From positions 1 through 61,162 of IMG/VR virus record IMGVR_UViG_3300047550_001096: a DNA stretch of 61,162 bases. One strand, given 5' to 3'. Under the pieces are notes generated by a model. It saw nothing but the letters and a program-made list of their open reading frames with translations, had not been told where the DNA came from and did not search any database. The DNA is from a virus (lineage: Duplodnaviria > Caudoviricetes). A program made the translations under genes and the position numbers. Shown here one piece after another: positions 7,811-18,254 of the stretch (position 1 is the first letter of the stretch; the number at the start of each line of letters is the position of its first letter).

Positions 7811-8395
7811 CTACTCCTTGTCAAACTTTACTGCTTTATCCCAGTTATTTATGGCCCAATGACCAATTCCTGCAGCATCCGCTACATCATAATCATCTAT
7901 TTTTTTATCATATGTTATTTCTAGTAGTTTAATAGTTCTTTTTTTCCTAAAGTCACGCTCATATGATTTATACCAAGATAATGATTTACCAGGATTAGCT
8001 GATCTAATTTGTAATTGTTCTTCTTTAGAGAGCTTTTTATTACCTAGATAGTTTTGCCATGTTATTGGCGATACCCTGCCAATTACAGAAATGTTAGCAA
8101 GCCCAGCACCACCAAGAATACCACCTTGAACTAAAGCTAAATCTGCTGCAGTTTTGGGGGAATTCATAAAAACGGTATGCTCAATAACAATAGCATTAAT
8201 CATATTATAATGATCAAACAAGGCTTTTGTTTTAGCAGTAGCGTCTTGAACTTTTTCATAAATATTATTTCCATTAAAAGTAATTTTCCCATACCCAGTC
8301 AAATTCTTATATGTATAAAATGCAAAAGCAAGACTATTTGTACTAGCATCAATGGCACATATATGGCTTGGTTGATCAGTCTTGTTCATAATCAA
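7811..8395 (-). CDS. RuvC-like Holliday junction resolvase
   Basis: AIDAS, IVIEH, SPITWQ and DVADAAGI RNase H-fold acidic motifs. Confidence 0.75.
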   Translation of the reverse strand: MIMNKTDQPSHICAIDASTNSLAFAFYTYKNLTGYGKITFNGNNIYEKVQDATAKTKALFDHYNMINAIVIEHTVFMNSPKTAADLALVQGGILGGAGLANISVIGRVSPITWQNYLGNKKLSKEEQLQIRSANPGKSLSWYKSYERDFRKKRTIKLLEITYDKKIDDYDVADAAGIGHWAINNWDKAVKFDKE

Positions 8396-8666
8396 AGTAT
8401 CCTTTTACTTCTTTTAAAAGTTTATCTACAGCCTTTTTACTAACATTACAATTTGCACAAAATCCAGAATCATTATATATGGAAAGTTTAGTTCCGCATC
8501 CGCCTAAACAGTTTCTTATTTTACCCTTTCGCTTTTGACGACGAGTTATCTGGTATCTTTCATGAATTTTTTCTCTAGTAGCATCATCTCTACATTTTTG
8601 ACTACAGTAGATTTGATAACTTACTTTAGGCTTAAATCTATTCTCACATCTTTCACATTGCTTCAC
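8376..8666 (-). CDS. Zinc-finger protein
   Basis: CERC...YCSQKC...CLGGC...CANC. Confidence 0.7.
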   Translation of the reverse strand: MKQCERCENRFKPKVSYQIYCSQKCRDDATREKIHERYQITRRQKRKGKIRNCLGGCGTKLSIYNDSGFCANCNVSKKAVDKLLKEVKGYFDYEQD

Positions 8667-9486
8667 TTAATGCCTCCAGAGGTGCTATCTTAATTACCCC
8701 TGGCTCTGCTATTGCACATGCATTTTTTAAAGGACAACCCTTACATATTTTAGAGTTTGACCTATAGTTTTTTTGAGGAATGGTTTTGTCTTTCCATGCC
8801 TTGCGAACAGTGCGGAGCCATTCAAAAGTATTCTTTATCCAAGCAATATATACATCATTTACCTGAATAGGAAAAACCAGAAGCTCATGATTATTTTTAT
8901 TTTCATATATCATTACACCTTTTGGCTTATCAAGAATTTTCATATAAATAAGTAATTGCATTAGGTGTCCAATTTTAGGTTTGCCTAATGTTTTAAAATA
9001 TTCAAAGGCATCGCTTGGCATAGTTTTAATTTCGCCAACTATTTCTTCGCCTTCCCATTTAATCATTGCATCGCCGTAACCATATATTGGTGGATCATTG
9101 TTTATAACTTTAAACTCTGTTGTATAAACAGTTTCTCCAGCCTTCTTTGTCTCTTCTTCATCAATATATGGAACAGCAATTTCTGCATCAAGCATAGCTT
9201 GCTGAATTCTATCGTGAGATTTTGTTCCAGAAGTCATATTTGCTACACCATAAGGAGTATCGTTAGGCTCAAAAACATTGCCTTCAAAAGCTAAATACCA
9301 ATATCTAGCACACTCTCCATGACTCCAAACTAATGTGGATGGGGCAAAAGTTTTTTTAACTTGATGTTTTGGCACCCTTTTTACAACATATCCAGAATTA
9401 ATTTTATCTATTAAAGCCTGCGTATCTAGTATTTGTAAGCCATTGTCTGGCTTAAACATAATCTGTTTTAGTAAATTTTTTGTCAT
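8653..9486 (-). CDS. Cas4-like PD-(D/E)XK exonuclease
   Basis: N-terminal Cys (ECARY), GYGD...EIKT, QLLIYM and C-terminal CKGCPLKNAC (4Fe-4S pattern). Confidence 0.8.
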   Translation of the reverse strand: MTKNLLKQIMFKPDNGLQILDTQALIDKINSGYVVKRVPKHQVKKTFAPSTLVWSHGECARYWYLAFEGNVFEPNDTPYGVANMTSGTKSHDRIQQAMLDAEIAVPYIDEEETKKAGETVYTTEFKVINNDPPIYGYGDAMIKWEGEEIVGEIKTMPSDAFEYFKTLGKPKIGHLMQLLIYMKILDKPKGVMIYENKNNHELLVFPIQVNDVYIAWIKNTFEWLRTVRKAWKDKTIPQKNYRSNSKICKGCPLKNACAIAEPGVIKIAPLEALSEAM

Positions 9487-9512
9487 GGTTTCCTTTTTAT
9501 ATATTATACCAG

Positions 9513-9833
9513 TTACCGCATTATATATTTCAATGCAGATACTAGATCATTAATTGCTTCCGCTGCAGTATAGTAAATATTTTTTTTGTTTCTATCACTC
9601 TTATCTACATTTGTCATCCATGTAGCCTTAAAAGCCATTTTTGCTGCTATTGCCTGTAGTCTAACTATTTCTACCGTTGCAACATTAAGAGGTATATCAG
9701 GCTTAATAATAATTTTAGCAATAAAGGTTAATGCAGTTGTTAACTCCTCATCTTGCATATAGTCGGCTATTTCTGATAGCCCATTTACCATCTCAATGGT
9801 AGTTTTATTCCCATGCTGATCTTTTTGTTCCAT
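9513..9833 (-). CDS. Hypothetical protein
   Basis: In-operon ORF; no motif recognised. Confidence 0.7.
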   Translation of the reverse strand: MEQKDQHGNKTTIEMVNGLSEIADYMQDEELTTALTFIAKIIIKPDIPLNVATVEIVRLQAIAAKMAFKATWMTNVDKSDRNKKNIYYTAAEAINDLVSALKYIMR

Positions 9834-10128
9834 TATTTTTTGCCTCCCATGTTAACTGATCAAGTAAATCAAATTCAATAATAGCAAGTCTAACCTTTTT
9901 ATTACCTTCACCAAGTATTACAACTATCGCTGGCGATTTATCTGTGCCAGCTTTTATTGAGTCGGTTACTGCCTTTGCCCATACTTCTTGATTAATAGTA
10001 AAAGATTTTGCAGACTCTTTAAAATCAACAATAAAATCACGCCATGTAGCATCTCCCTTTTTGGTATTTCTACCAGAGTTTTTATGCTGCTTGGCACCTA
10101 TCCTTTTACTTTCGTTTTTCTCGCTCAT
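9805..10128 (-). CDS. Hjc-like PD-(D/E)XK resolvase/nuclease
   Basis: E...NSG...KGD...VDFK pattern. Confidence 0.6.
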   Translation of the reverse strand: MSEKNESKRIGAKQHKNSGRNTKKGDATWRDFIVDFKESAKSFTINQEVWAKAVTDSIKAGTDKSPAIVVILGEGNKKVRLAIIEFDLLDQLTWEAKNNGTKRSAWE

Positions 10129-10291
10129 AATCCCTCTTTGTTTTAACTAATGCTGCTTTTGATAAATGTTTTTTACTACACATCCAAGTAAGTTCTAATG
10201 TTTCTCTCCATAATCTTAATGATAGAACTTCTTCCTTACAAGTATGACATGGAAATTTACCATTGTAAACAGAAAATTTTGGTTCAGCCAT
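10106..10291 (-). CDS. Small zinc-binding hypothetical protein
   Basis: CHTC...CSKKH; overlaps neighbouring genes. Confidence 0.65.
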   Translation of the reverse strand: MAEPKFSVYNGKFPCHTCKEEVLSLRLWRETLELTWMCSKKHLSKAALVKTKRDYEREKRK

Positions 10292-11300
10292 TTGATAGCT
10301 TGTTCCTTAATGATTCTTGTAGATCTAAATCTTCTTTTACTCTATTAATTAATCCATCCCTACCCTGGACTTTAGTGCCATCTTCTAGCTGATACCATGC
10401 TCCAGTTCTTGCTATATACCCAGCCAATTCAGCGGTATCAACAAGATCGCCAATAGTATCAACGCCAAGACTATCACCTCTAAAATAGAAATCATATTCG
10501 CCATTTTGGAAGGCAGGCGAAGTTTTAGAGAATTGTAATTCCCAACGAACTTTGCGACCAATTTTTTCTTCAATAAGTTTATCTCCAACATTAATTTTTC
10601 CTTTGATTGCTTGATTGTCTGACTCTGATGAAAATAGTTTTATCACCGTAGAGGAATAAAATTTAGTAGCCTGACCACCCGTAGGCTGCTGGCTAGTATA
10701 CATAGCACTGATATTATTACGAGACTGGCTTATAAGAATAAGCAAAGTAGGTTTTACTTTATTATTTGCATAGTTAAGCATCTTCCAAGCATTACTAAAA
10801 TCTCTTGATTCTGCACCAATTTGTTTAGTATTTTCAAGCTGTTTAAGTTCATCAGAATCTTTTTCAAAATAAATAGCTGGAAGTAAAGATGTAATACTAT
10901 CAACAACAATAATATCAACTCCAGCTTCCATTAGGTTTACACCTATATCAACCATTTCATTTATAGTTCTTGCCTGAGAAACAATTAATTTTGATGTATC
11001 AACACCAAGTTTTTCTGCCCAAGTTTTATCATATGACATTTCTGCATCAATCCATGCACAGATCTTGCCTTCTTTTTGTGCTAATGCAATTGTTTGAAGG
11101 CACATAGAGGACTTAGCGCTTGACTTACTTCCCCAAATTAATACTTGACGACCATACGGTAGTCCACCATTAAGGGCACGATTAAGACCAAAGCTTGGTG
11201 TTTCTGCATATTGAGTTTCTGGAACAGAATCACCAGACATAACGCTTTTACGTAATTTTGGATTTAGTTGTGATAATACATCTTCTATAGTTACAGTCAT
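10284..11300 (-). CDS. recA: RecA-family recombinase
   Basis: TPSFGLNRALNGGLPYGR, WIDAE, IIVVDSI, GGQATKFYSS, GAWY; variant Walker A GSKSSAKS. Confidence 0.9.
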   Translation of the reverse strand: MTVTIEDVLSQLNPKLRKSVMSGDSVPETQYAETPSFGLNRALNGGLPYGRQVLIWGSKSSAKSSMCLQTIALAQKEGKICAWIDAEMSYDKTWAEKLGVDTSKLIVSQARTINEMVDIGVNLMEAGVDIIVVDSITSLLPAIYFEKDSDELKQLENTKQIGAESRDFSNAWKMLNYANNKVKPTLLILISQSRNNISAMYTSQQPTGGQATKFYSSTVIKLFSSESDNQAIKGKINVGDKLIEEKIGRKVRWELQFSKTSPAFQNGEYDFYFRGDSLGVDTIGDLVDTAELAGYIARTGAWYQLEDGTKVQGRDGLINRVKEDLDLQESLRNKLSNG

Positions 11301-11617
11301 TAGAATCTTACTCCATGTTTTTCTGGTCTAGTTTTGTTATATCCCATTTTATGCTGTAAGGCATAGTCTAAGGATACTGTTGTATATCCATGTTGAACTA
11401 ACCCATCATAAAGATCTAAAGTTCTAATAAGTATATCTGCAGTTTCCAAAGCAACTTCTTGTTCGCCCTTATCTTTACGTATTGCTTCCATTAATTCTGT
11501 TACCTCAGAAACAATCATCATGCATTGCTTTGCAATAAAAATATCATCAACCTCTTCAGGCCAAAATCCTTTTTCTTTTGCTACACTATGTAATTCCATT
11601 GCTAAATCATCCAACAT
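11300..11617 (-). CDS. MazG-like NTP pyrophosphohydrolase
   Basis: SEVTELMEA...ETADILIRTLD...KMGYNKTRPEKHG. Confidence 0.8.
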   Translation of the reverse strand: MLDDLAMELHSVAKEKGFWPEEVDDIFIAKQCMMIVSEVTELMEAIRKDKGEQEVALETADILIRTLDLYDGLVQHGYTTVSLDYALQHKMGYNKTRPEKHGVRF

Positions 11618-14600
11618 TTGCTACATCCTCCATTATTACTGTTCCATCTTTTGTTTTACTAAAGGTAAATCTATATATATTTCCTGGCTCTACATTCATA
11701 TATGCTTTTGGAAATGCTGTCGGAAATACAGTAACGGCATGTAATTCACGACCTGCATCTGCAAGCGTTAATGATGCCATTTTCTTACCAGCTTTTGTTG
11801 TTCTTGGTTTAAAAGAAACAACAAACATTTCATCATCTTTGTATGGCAACATTTTATAATTTAAAAACTTTACTAGTGGATCTTTGGATTCTTTTATTTC
11901 ATCAACAGGAACTGCAGATACAACCCTATTATCATTTGCAAGAATAATATAAGAACGACCAGCTTCAACAGTGGTATTTTCTTCATCAAATATTCCCACG
12001 CTTCCAGTTTTATCTAGCAACTCTACTCTTGACCACCCTTTAGATCTCTTAATTGATTTTACCATACCCATCAAAATGAACGCACCCTTTTCTTCATATT
12101 CTTCAATATCATTAATATATGCATAATAGTGCTGTGGTATTGAAATATTAAATTCAGGAAGATTTAGATACTCGTATAGATTTTCTTTAACCTTAACCTG
12201 ATCTGTTGGGTTGTCTTGGAATGTAAGTGCACCAATAGCATTCATTGCTTGAAGTGCACGACTATTTACTCCGTTTCCTTTTGTAAAAGTAAACTCTTCA
12301 ACCTCTTTATACGAATTGAAAGGTCTTGCGCTAATATATCTTTCCCCAATTTTTTCGGAGATGAATTTAATTGCGCTAAGACCAAATCTAATTCCCTTAC
12401 CTTCAATTTTAAAATCAATATCAGAATCGTTAATGTGCGGTAATTTAATTGATATCCCCATTCGCTTTGCTTCAATAAGGTATTCAGTTCTAGCATCTTT
12501 GTCCTTTTCATTTTTTAATAGTGCAAACATAAACTCAATTGGATAATAATATTTTAACCACGCCGTCCAATACGAGAGCGTAGAATAAGCAACCGCATGA
12601 CTCTTGTTGAACGAATATCCCGCATGCGCTTCAAAGTCATGCCATAAATCAAGAGCATCGTTAGGAGCAATATACTGAGAAGCCCCTTTAATAAACTTAT
12701 CTTTGAATACATCAAATTCCTTTGCATCTTTTTTCTTTCCAATAATTTTACGTACTTTATCTGCTTCAGCCATAGTCATATTACCTAGCTGTACGCAAGC
12801 CTGCATAACTTGCTCCTGATACAAAATACATCCATATGTTTCTTCTGTAAATGGCTTTAATATTTGATGTAAGTAATCAATATTTTGACGACCATGTTTA
12901 CGAGCAATATAGTCTTTTCCAATTGTATTCATAGCACCTGGACGAACTAAAGCATTTGATGCTGCTAGTTCAGCAAGATTTTTAACACCCATTTTTACCA
13001 ATAGGTTTGTATATGGCGTTGCTTCACATTGGAAAACACCTTTTGTGTATCCATCAGAAAGCATTTGATAAACATTTTTATCATCCATATCAATATTCAA
13101 TAGATCTATTTTTTTGCCATATCTATCTTCAACAATATCAAGAGTATCTTTAAGAACACTAAGGGTTTTTAATCCAAGAGCGTCTATTTTAATTAGCCCT
13201 ATTCTCTCAGCTTCTTCCATATCTACCGCCACAACTGGGATACGATCATCAGCCCCTGTCACATTACGAGTTTCCATAGGAGCATACTTAAATATAGGCT
13301 CCTTGCTTGTTACAACACCAGCAGCATGAATACCAGTACCACGAATACGCCCACGCAACTGCTCTCCATACATCACAACTTCTGGATATTTCTCACGAAA
13401 CCAAGCAGAATTTTTTGAAGTACAAAAATCATCCCAAGTATCAACAGTCTTTAATACTTTGTTTACATCTGGCAATGGAATATTAAGTGCACGAGCAACA
13501 TCTCTTACAACACCTTTATCTTTAAATTCTAAGAATGTTGCAATAGAAGCAACGTGGCGATACTGTCTAACAAGATAATCTTTAACCTCATCACGACGAG
13601 AGTCTTGAATATCTGTATCAATATCTGGAAAGTCATTACGCTCTGGATTAATAAATCGGAAAAACAAAAGACCATGTTGAATTGGATCAATATCAGTAAT
13701 GCCTATTAGATAACACAGCAATGAACCAGCTGAAGATCCACGACCTGGACCTACCATGATTCCTTCTTTCTTTGCCCAGTTAATCATATTTCGTACTACA
13801 AGAAAGTATGGTCCAAAGTTCTTTTCGCCAATAATATTTAATTCTTCTTCAAGTCTTACTTCATAAATATCATTTCCAAGCCATGAAGATGTTAAATGTT
13901 TTTCTTCTAATGATTCCCATGCTAATTTGCGTAACTCTTCCATAGGATTTCTATATTGAACTGGTAGTAAATTAAGTCCAGATTTAATATCATAATCCTC
14001 TATCTTATTAAAGATATCCATAGTGCTAGCAAACATTTCTTCATTTTCTATACCCTGCTTTGCCATAGAAGATTTCATCTCTTCATATGAAAGAAGATGG
14101 ATATCAAATGAGCGGAAAGACATTTGACGATCTGCGCCATATAGATAATCTAGGCGCTCCATTATATCTTTATACTTTTTTGACTTATCATATGTAACAT
14201 CTTTTTGTAATTTTGCATGAGTATTTAGAATAAGCATCAACTCTTGAATCTCTTTTTGAGTTGTATCGGAATGATGACAATCTGGAGTAACAACTACCCT
14301 TACATCCATAGATTTAGCTAATTCAATTAATCCTTTATTTACATTCTCAGGATTATGTGGCATTACTTCAATATAATAATCATCTTTAAAGGTATCTTTA
14401 AACCATTTAATATGTTTCTTAGCAATAGCAAGTTCATCTAATTCTACCGCCTTTGCAACCCATCCACTCAAACATGCGGAGGTTACAATAAGGCCCTCTT
14501 TATATTTTTCTAGTGTTGCAAAATCAAATCTTGGCTTACTAAAAAATCCATCAGTCCAAGCAATTTCATTAATCTTATTAAGATTTTCTAAACCTTGTTG

Positions 14601-14897
14601 GTTTTTGGCAAGAAGGACTATATGATGATAATTTTGATCAAGAGGATCAGTGCGGTCTGCCTTTGCTCTCTTGTCAGCCATATCGCTTGTCATATAGCCT
14701 TCTATGCCTAATATGGGCTTAATGCCAGCCTCTTTAGCAATACGGTACATCTCACGGTGCCCAGACAGGGTTCCGTGGTCTGTAATGGCAATTCCTGGCA
14801 TTCCAAGTTCAACTGCCCTATTTACATATTCCTGCGGAGTAGCCACACCGTCCATTAGAGAATAATGGGTGTGGACATGAAGCCCAATATAATTCAT
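11607..14897 (-). CDS. dnaE: DNA polymerase III alpha subunit
   Basis: PHP domain (HVHTHYS, TDHG), GPGRGSSAGS, PDIDTD, IHAAGVV, KIDALGL, YSFNKSHA. Confidence 0.95.
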   Translation of the reverse strand: MNYIGLHVHTHYSLMDGVATPQEYVNRAVELGMPGIAITDHGTLSGHREMYRIAKEAGIKPILGIEGYMTSDMADKRAKADRTDPLDQNYHHIVLLAKNQQGLENLNKINEIAWTDGFFSKPRFDFATLEKYKEGLIVTSACLSGWVAKAVELDELAIAKKHIKWFKDTFKDDYYIEVMPHNPENVNKGLIELAKSMDVRVVVTPDCHHSDTTQKEIQELMLILNTHAKLQKDVTYDKSKKYKDIMERLDYLYGADRQMSFRSFDIHLLSYEEMKSSMAKQGIENEEMFASTMDIFNKIEDYDIKSGLNLLPVQYRNPMEELRKLAWESLEEKHLTSSWLGNDIYEVRLEEELNIIGEKNFGPYFLVVRNMINWAKKEGIMVGPGRGSSAGSLLCYLIGITDIDPIQHGLLFFRFINPERNDFPDIDTDIQDSRRDEVKDYLVRQYRHVASIATFLEFKDKGVVRDVARALNIPLPDVNKVLKTVDTWDDFCTSKNSAWFREKYPEVVMYGEQLRGRIRGTGIHAAGVVTSKEPIFKYAPMETRNVTGADDRIPVVAVDMEEAERIGLIKIDALGLKTLSVLKDTLDIVEDRYGKKIDLLNIDMDDKNVYQMLSDGYTKGVFQCEATPYTNLLVKMGVKNLAELAASNALVRPGAMNTIGKDYIARKHGRQNIDYLHQILKPFTEETYGCILYQEQVMQACVQLGNMTMAEADKVRKIIGKKKDAKEFDVFKDKFIKGASQYIAPNDALDLWHDFEAHAGYSFNKSHAVAYSTLSYWTAWLKYYYPIEFMFALLKNEKDKDARTEYLIEAKRMGISIKLPHINDSDIDFKIEGKGIRFGLSAIKFISEKIGERYISARPFNSYKEVEEFTFTKGNGVNSRALQAMNAIGALTFQDNPTDQVKVKENLYEYLNLPEFNISIPQHYYAYINDIEEYEEKGAFILMGMVKSIKRSKGWSRVELLDKTGSVGIFDEENTTVEAGRSYIILANDNRVVSAVPVDEIKESKDPLVKFLNYKMLPYKDDEMFVVSFKPRTTKAGKKMASLTLADAGRELHAVTVFPTAFPKAYMNVEPGNIYRFTFSKTKDGTVIMEDVANVG

Positions 14898-14900
14898 TGA

Positions 14901-15554
14901 TTACCAGTCAATGTTTGTTGAAGTTACAGATGGAGTATCAAATCCAAAATAAAATGCTTCTTGTTCTGGATACGGCACCTCACGAACTACTTTTTCTAGA
15001 TTAAAGAATTCTTTACTATCCCACTTAAATGGTTCAGAATCTGGTGTGGATGGAATAAGGGTATAGTTTGTTTCTGTTCCCTGTCCATTACGCTTTAGCT
15101 TCCATACCAAATTTGAAATGCTACCAGTCTCTAGTGCATATTCACGAATTGTATTAAATGCAGACTGCTTGCTAATTCCTTGTGACCATACTGCAACATA
15201 TGGATCTTCTGTACCATCATCTACTAGTACATTTGTATAGAAACGAAGACGTGCCCTCCAACCGCTTTTTGGTTCTTTACGTGCCATTTCACAACCAAAG
15301 CAACGGCCCTCAGTCTCTTGTGTACAAGCTGCTTTACGCTTGTAGTCTTTAGGATTTGTATGCTCTGATACTACAACAGCAAGACCACGATCTTCACTAT
15401 AATTTGCTGAGTCTGAGTCTAATTCATTTACAAAACGAATTTTTGCTGCTTGTCCGTCAGCTAGTTTTACCCAACGGATTTTTGTTCCAGTGTTTTCATA
15501 TTTTGGCTTTTCAACTAATGCGTTGATGTTTTTAAGCCCTTTTACTATTGTCAT
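14901..15554 (-). CDS. Single-stranded DNA-binding protein (gp32-like)
   Basis: Lies between primase and polymerase; KIRF, C..CFGC, LKRNGQGTETNY, acidic C-terminus. Confidence 0.65.
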   Translation of the reverse strand: MTIVKGLKNINALVEKPKYENTGTKIRWVKLADGQAAKIRFVNELDSDSANYSEDRGLAVVVSEHTNPKDYKRKAACTQETEGRCFGCEMARKEPKSGWRARLRFYTNVLVDDGTEDPYVAVWSQGISKQSAFNTIREYALETGSISNLVWKLKRNGQGTETNYTLIPSTPDSEPFKWDSKEFFNLEKVVREVPYPEQEAFYFGFDTPSVTSTNIDW

Positions 15555-15577
15555 TTTTTCTCCTTATATAAGTTTTT

Positions 15578-16501
15578 CTATTTTAGCATAGCAATGATAG
15601 AGTTGTCAAATGAGTATTCAAGTTGTCTAATAGCATCATCATTCATATCGCCAATGTCTTTATATTGTTTATCTAATTTGATTACTGTTATTAGTGACCC
15701 TAATTTCTCAGTTAGGCGGTCAGCCATAATTGAGCCTGCTTCATCATTATCTGCTACAAGTACAACATTGTTGAAGTACTTTTCTAATAGTTTCATCTGA
15801 CTTGATGAAACATTAGCACCCAGCGTAGCTACTGCTGGGAATCCTACTTGATCCAATCTGATTGCATCAAAAGATGATTCAACAACATATACAACCTTTG
15901 ATGATTTTATTCTATGTAGATTAAATAATATTTTACTCTTTGGTAGTCCTGGAGTATTTTTAAATTCTTTTCCTTCTATTGTTCTTGCAACAAATCCTAT
16001 TGTCATACCGTCTGGAGATTGCATTGGAATAACAACAGAGTCTTGCTTTTCTGAGTATCCTAAATCAAATTTAATTATAGACTCTTTTGTAATTCTTCTT
16101 CCTTCAAAATATGATATAGCACGTGGAGATTCTATTGCCTGCTTGTTAAGTCTTTTTATAAGTAGCTCATCATACTGAACAAAATCAGGGGCAGCATAAA
16201 GAGCTTTGTTAACTACCGCTTCAAGATCAGTCTCAATCTCTTTGCTTTTAATATATCTAATAGATTCAAAATATGTTCTGCCTGTAGTATGCATAATTAA
16301 CTCTGTTAGATTTTTTGTTGTTTGACAACCAAAACAAAAAAACAGTCCAGATTCTTTTGATACTTCTCCAGCAGGTGTGCGATTATTATTATGATATGGA
16401 CAAAATATGATATAGTCAGTTCCGTATTCTGCTTCTACATCTATTCCTGCGCCTGTTAATACTCTGTGTATTTGCTGTGTTGTATATATATCTTTAAACA
16501 T
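15578..16501 (-). CDS. dnaG: DNA primase (CHC2 zinc finger + TOPRIM)
   Basis: CPYH...CFGC, VVESSFD, ADNDEAG, KDIGD. Start moved to MFKDIY (16501). Confidence 0.9.
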   Translation of the reverse strand: MFKDIYTTQQIHRVLTGAGIDVEAEYGTDYIIFCPYHNNNRTPAGEVSKESGLFFCFGCQTTKNLTELIMHTTGRTYFESIRYIKSKEIETDLEAVVNKALYAAPDFVQYDELLIKRLNKQAIESPRAISYFEGRRITKESIIKFDLGYSEKQDSVVIPMQSPDGMTIGFVARTIEGKEFKNTPGLPKSKILFNLHRIKSSKVVYVVESSFDAIRLDQVGFPAVATLGANVSSSQMKLLEKYFNNVVLVADNDEAGSIMADRLTEKLGSLITVIKLDKQYKDIGDMNDDAIRQLEYSFDNSIIAMLK

Positions 16502-17720
16502 TTTTATCTTCGTAATCTTTGTATTTGTAATATCCTTTGTCAAAGTCTGCTTGTATTAAAAAGTCTCCCATAAATCCGTTACGATTTTTTCTAAATGCAC
16601 ATTCAATTATATCACTATTGGTTGCCCTGCCTAATGCCAAAACCCAGTCAGCATCATAGGCAATTTGTCTTGACCAAGCAGTTTGACCTAGAGTTGGAAC
16701 AGTGCTCATATTAGTAACATCATCTGGAGTAGCAGACGAAATTGCAATAATAGGAACCTCTTCACTAATTGACATAAGTTTTAACTCACGAGAAAGATTC
16801 TTCATACGTACAGTTTCATTATCAGACTTTTGGTTTGGTGCCATTAGTTGTAGATAATCTACTACAACAAAGTCTGGGCGGTACTGATCAATCTTTCCAC
16901 GAATAACTGATGGATTAATTTCTCCACCACTATCATTTGAAATAATATGAAAAGGTGGCTTTCCAACAATTCTACTTTCATGCCATTTCTTTAACATATC
17001 TATTTCAATATCACCATTTGATATTTTACGATGTGACCATAAACCTTCGCCCATAATTGCAAATACACGATTACGAACTTCTGTCTCTGACATTTCTAAG
17101 CTTATGATCATTGGTGTCTTGCCCTGTTTCCATGCTTGTACAGCAAAGTAAAGAGCAAGCCAGGATTTGCCAATACCTGGATATGCCAGGAAGATACCTA
17201 GTTGACCTGGCATAATTCCTGAAGGAAGGTAATTGTCAAACCCTGGCAAGCCTGTTTTAATTCCAATCTTACCAAGTTCTTGTTGCTTTTTTACATTTTC
17301 AAAATATGCAATAGCAGAGTCTATATCTGTTGCATCAATATCACGAATAGCAGATGTATTCTTTTTTAGTTCTGATGTTTTTGTAATTAATTGCTCTAAA
17401 GCTTTTACTCCCTGACCACCCTGAACCTCTGTAGCAGCATTGCGAATAATATCTTTGAGGCTATCGTTTAGATAGTCTGACTGTAATTCTTCTAAGTGAT
17501 GTTTTGTAGTTCCAACACCCTGTACTGGAACAAAGTCTCTAAATTTTTCTACGACCAAGGTAACTGGAGGCACTGTTCCATTTGTTTCTGCATAACGCTT
17601 AATAAAATTCCATACATCATTATGTGTTCTAAGAATGCCATCTATATTGGCCTGTAATAAAACATGTACTTGTTTATCCTCAAGTACCGCAGATATAACT
17701 TTTGCCTCTGTATTACTCAC
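16494..17720 (-). CDS. dnaB: Replicative helicase
   Basis: AYPGIGKS, SLEM, VVVDYLQL, IAYDAD, KNRNG. Confidence 0.9.
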   Translation of the reverse strand: MSNTEAKVISAVLEDKQVHVLLQANIDGILRTHNDVWNFIKRYAETNGTVPPVTLVVEKFRDFVPVQGVGTTKHHLEELQSDYLNDSLKDIIRNAATEVQGGQGVKALEQLITKTSELKKNTSAIRDIDATDIDSAIAYFENVKKQQELGKIGIKTGLPGFDNYLPSGIMPGQLGIFLAYPGIGKSWLALYFAVQAWKQGKTPMIISLEMSETEVRNRVFAIMGEGLWSHRKISNGDIEIDMLKKWHESRIVGKPPFHIISNDSGGEINPSVIRGKIDQYRPDFVVVDYLQLMAPNQKSDNETVRMKNLSRELKLMSISEEVPIIAISSATPDDVTNMSTVPTLGQTAWSRQIAYDADWVLALGRATNSDIIECAFRKNRNGFMGDFLIQADFDKGYYKYKDYEDKNV

Positions 17721-18021
17721 TTAACCACTTCCTAGCCAACTTTCTACGCTCTTGTCTTTCTTTAATATCTTCCTGTATAGCATTTTTGCTATTAAAAAGT
17801 TCATGTGCCTTATATGCAAAGATGCTCCACGATGGTGTTGTTGATATACTAAAATAAAAATCTAATAAATCATAACATACTGGAAGCCCATATGACTCAA
17901 CGAGTGCATCAGCAGCCCATTGTTCAACATTTAAATTGAGATTAGACTTTTGCTCGTATCTCTGCAAATGAAGCTTATTGTAGCGACTGAGCAAAGCCAT
18001 ACGGTCTTTGCGGTCTGCCAT
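17713..18021 (-). CDS. Hypothetical protein
   Basis: In-operon ORF with RBS GAGGAG. Confidence 0.7.
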   Translation of the reverse strand: MADRKDRMALLSRYNKLHLQRYEQKSNLNLNVEQWAADALVESYGLPVCYDLLDFYFSISTTPSWSIFAYKAHELFNSKNAIQEDIKERQERRKLARKWLSE

Positions 18022-18023
18022 AA

Positions 18024-18251
18024 TTACTCCTCAGCGATCTCTGATTTTGCTTCTTGAACCTTTTCAACAACCTTAGCTTCAACAAAATCGTATACACGAT
18101 TCATTGCATCGTTTGTTGTTTCTCCATCACGAACATGATCTACAATTCCAAGATCAACTCTCAAAGATTGAAAGTTACCTAGATTAAGTGTATATCCAAG
18201 TGTTACAGATACCTTTGTTTCATTTCTTTCTTCCACCACTGCCTCCTTCAT
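18024..18251 (-). CDS. Conserved phage hypothetical protein
   Basis: TLNLGNFQSLRVD motif; GGAGG RBS suggests an internal GTG start. Confidence 0.7.
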   Translation of the reverse strand: MKEAVVEERNETKVSVTLGYTLNLGNFQSLRVDLGIVDHVRDGETTNDAMNRVYDFVEAKVVEKVQEAKSEIAEE

Positions 18252-18254
18252 AGG

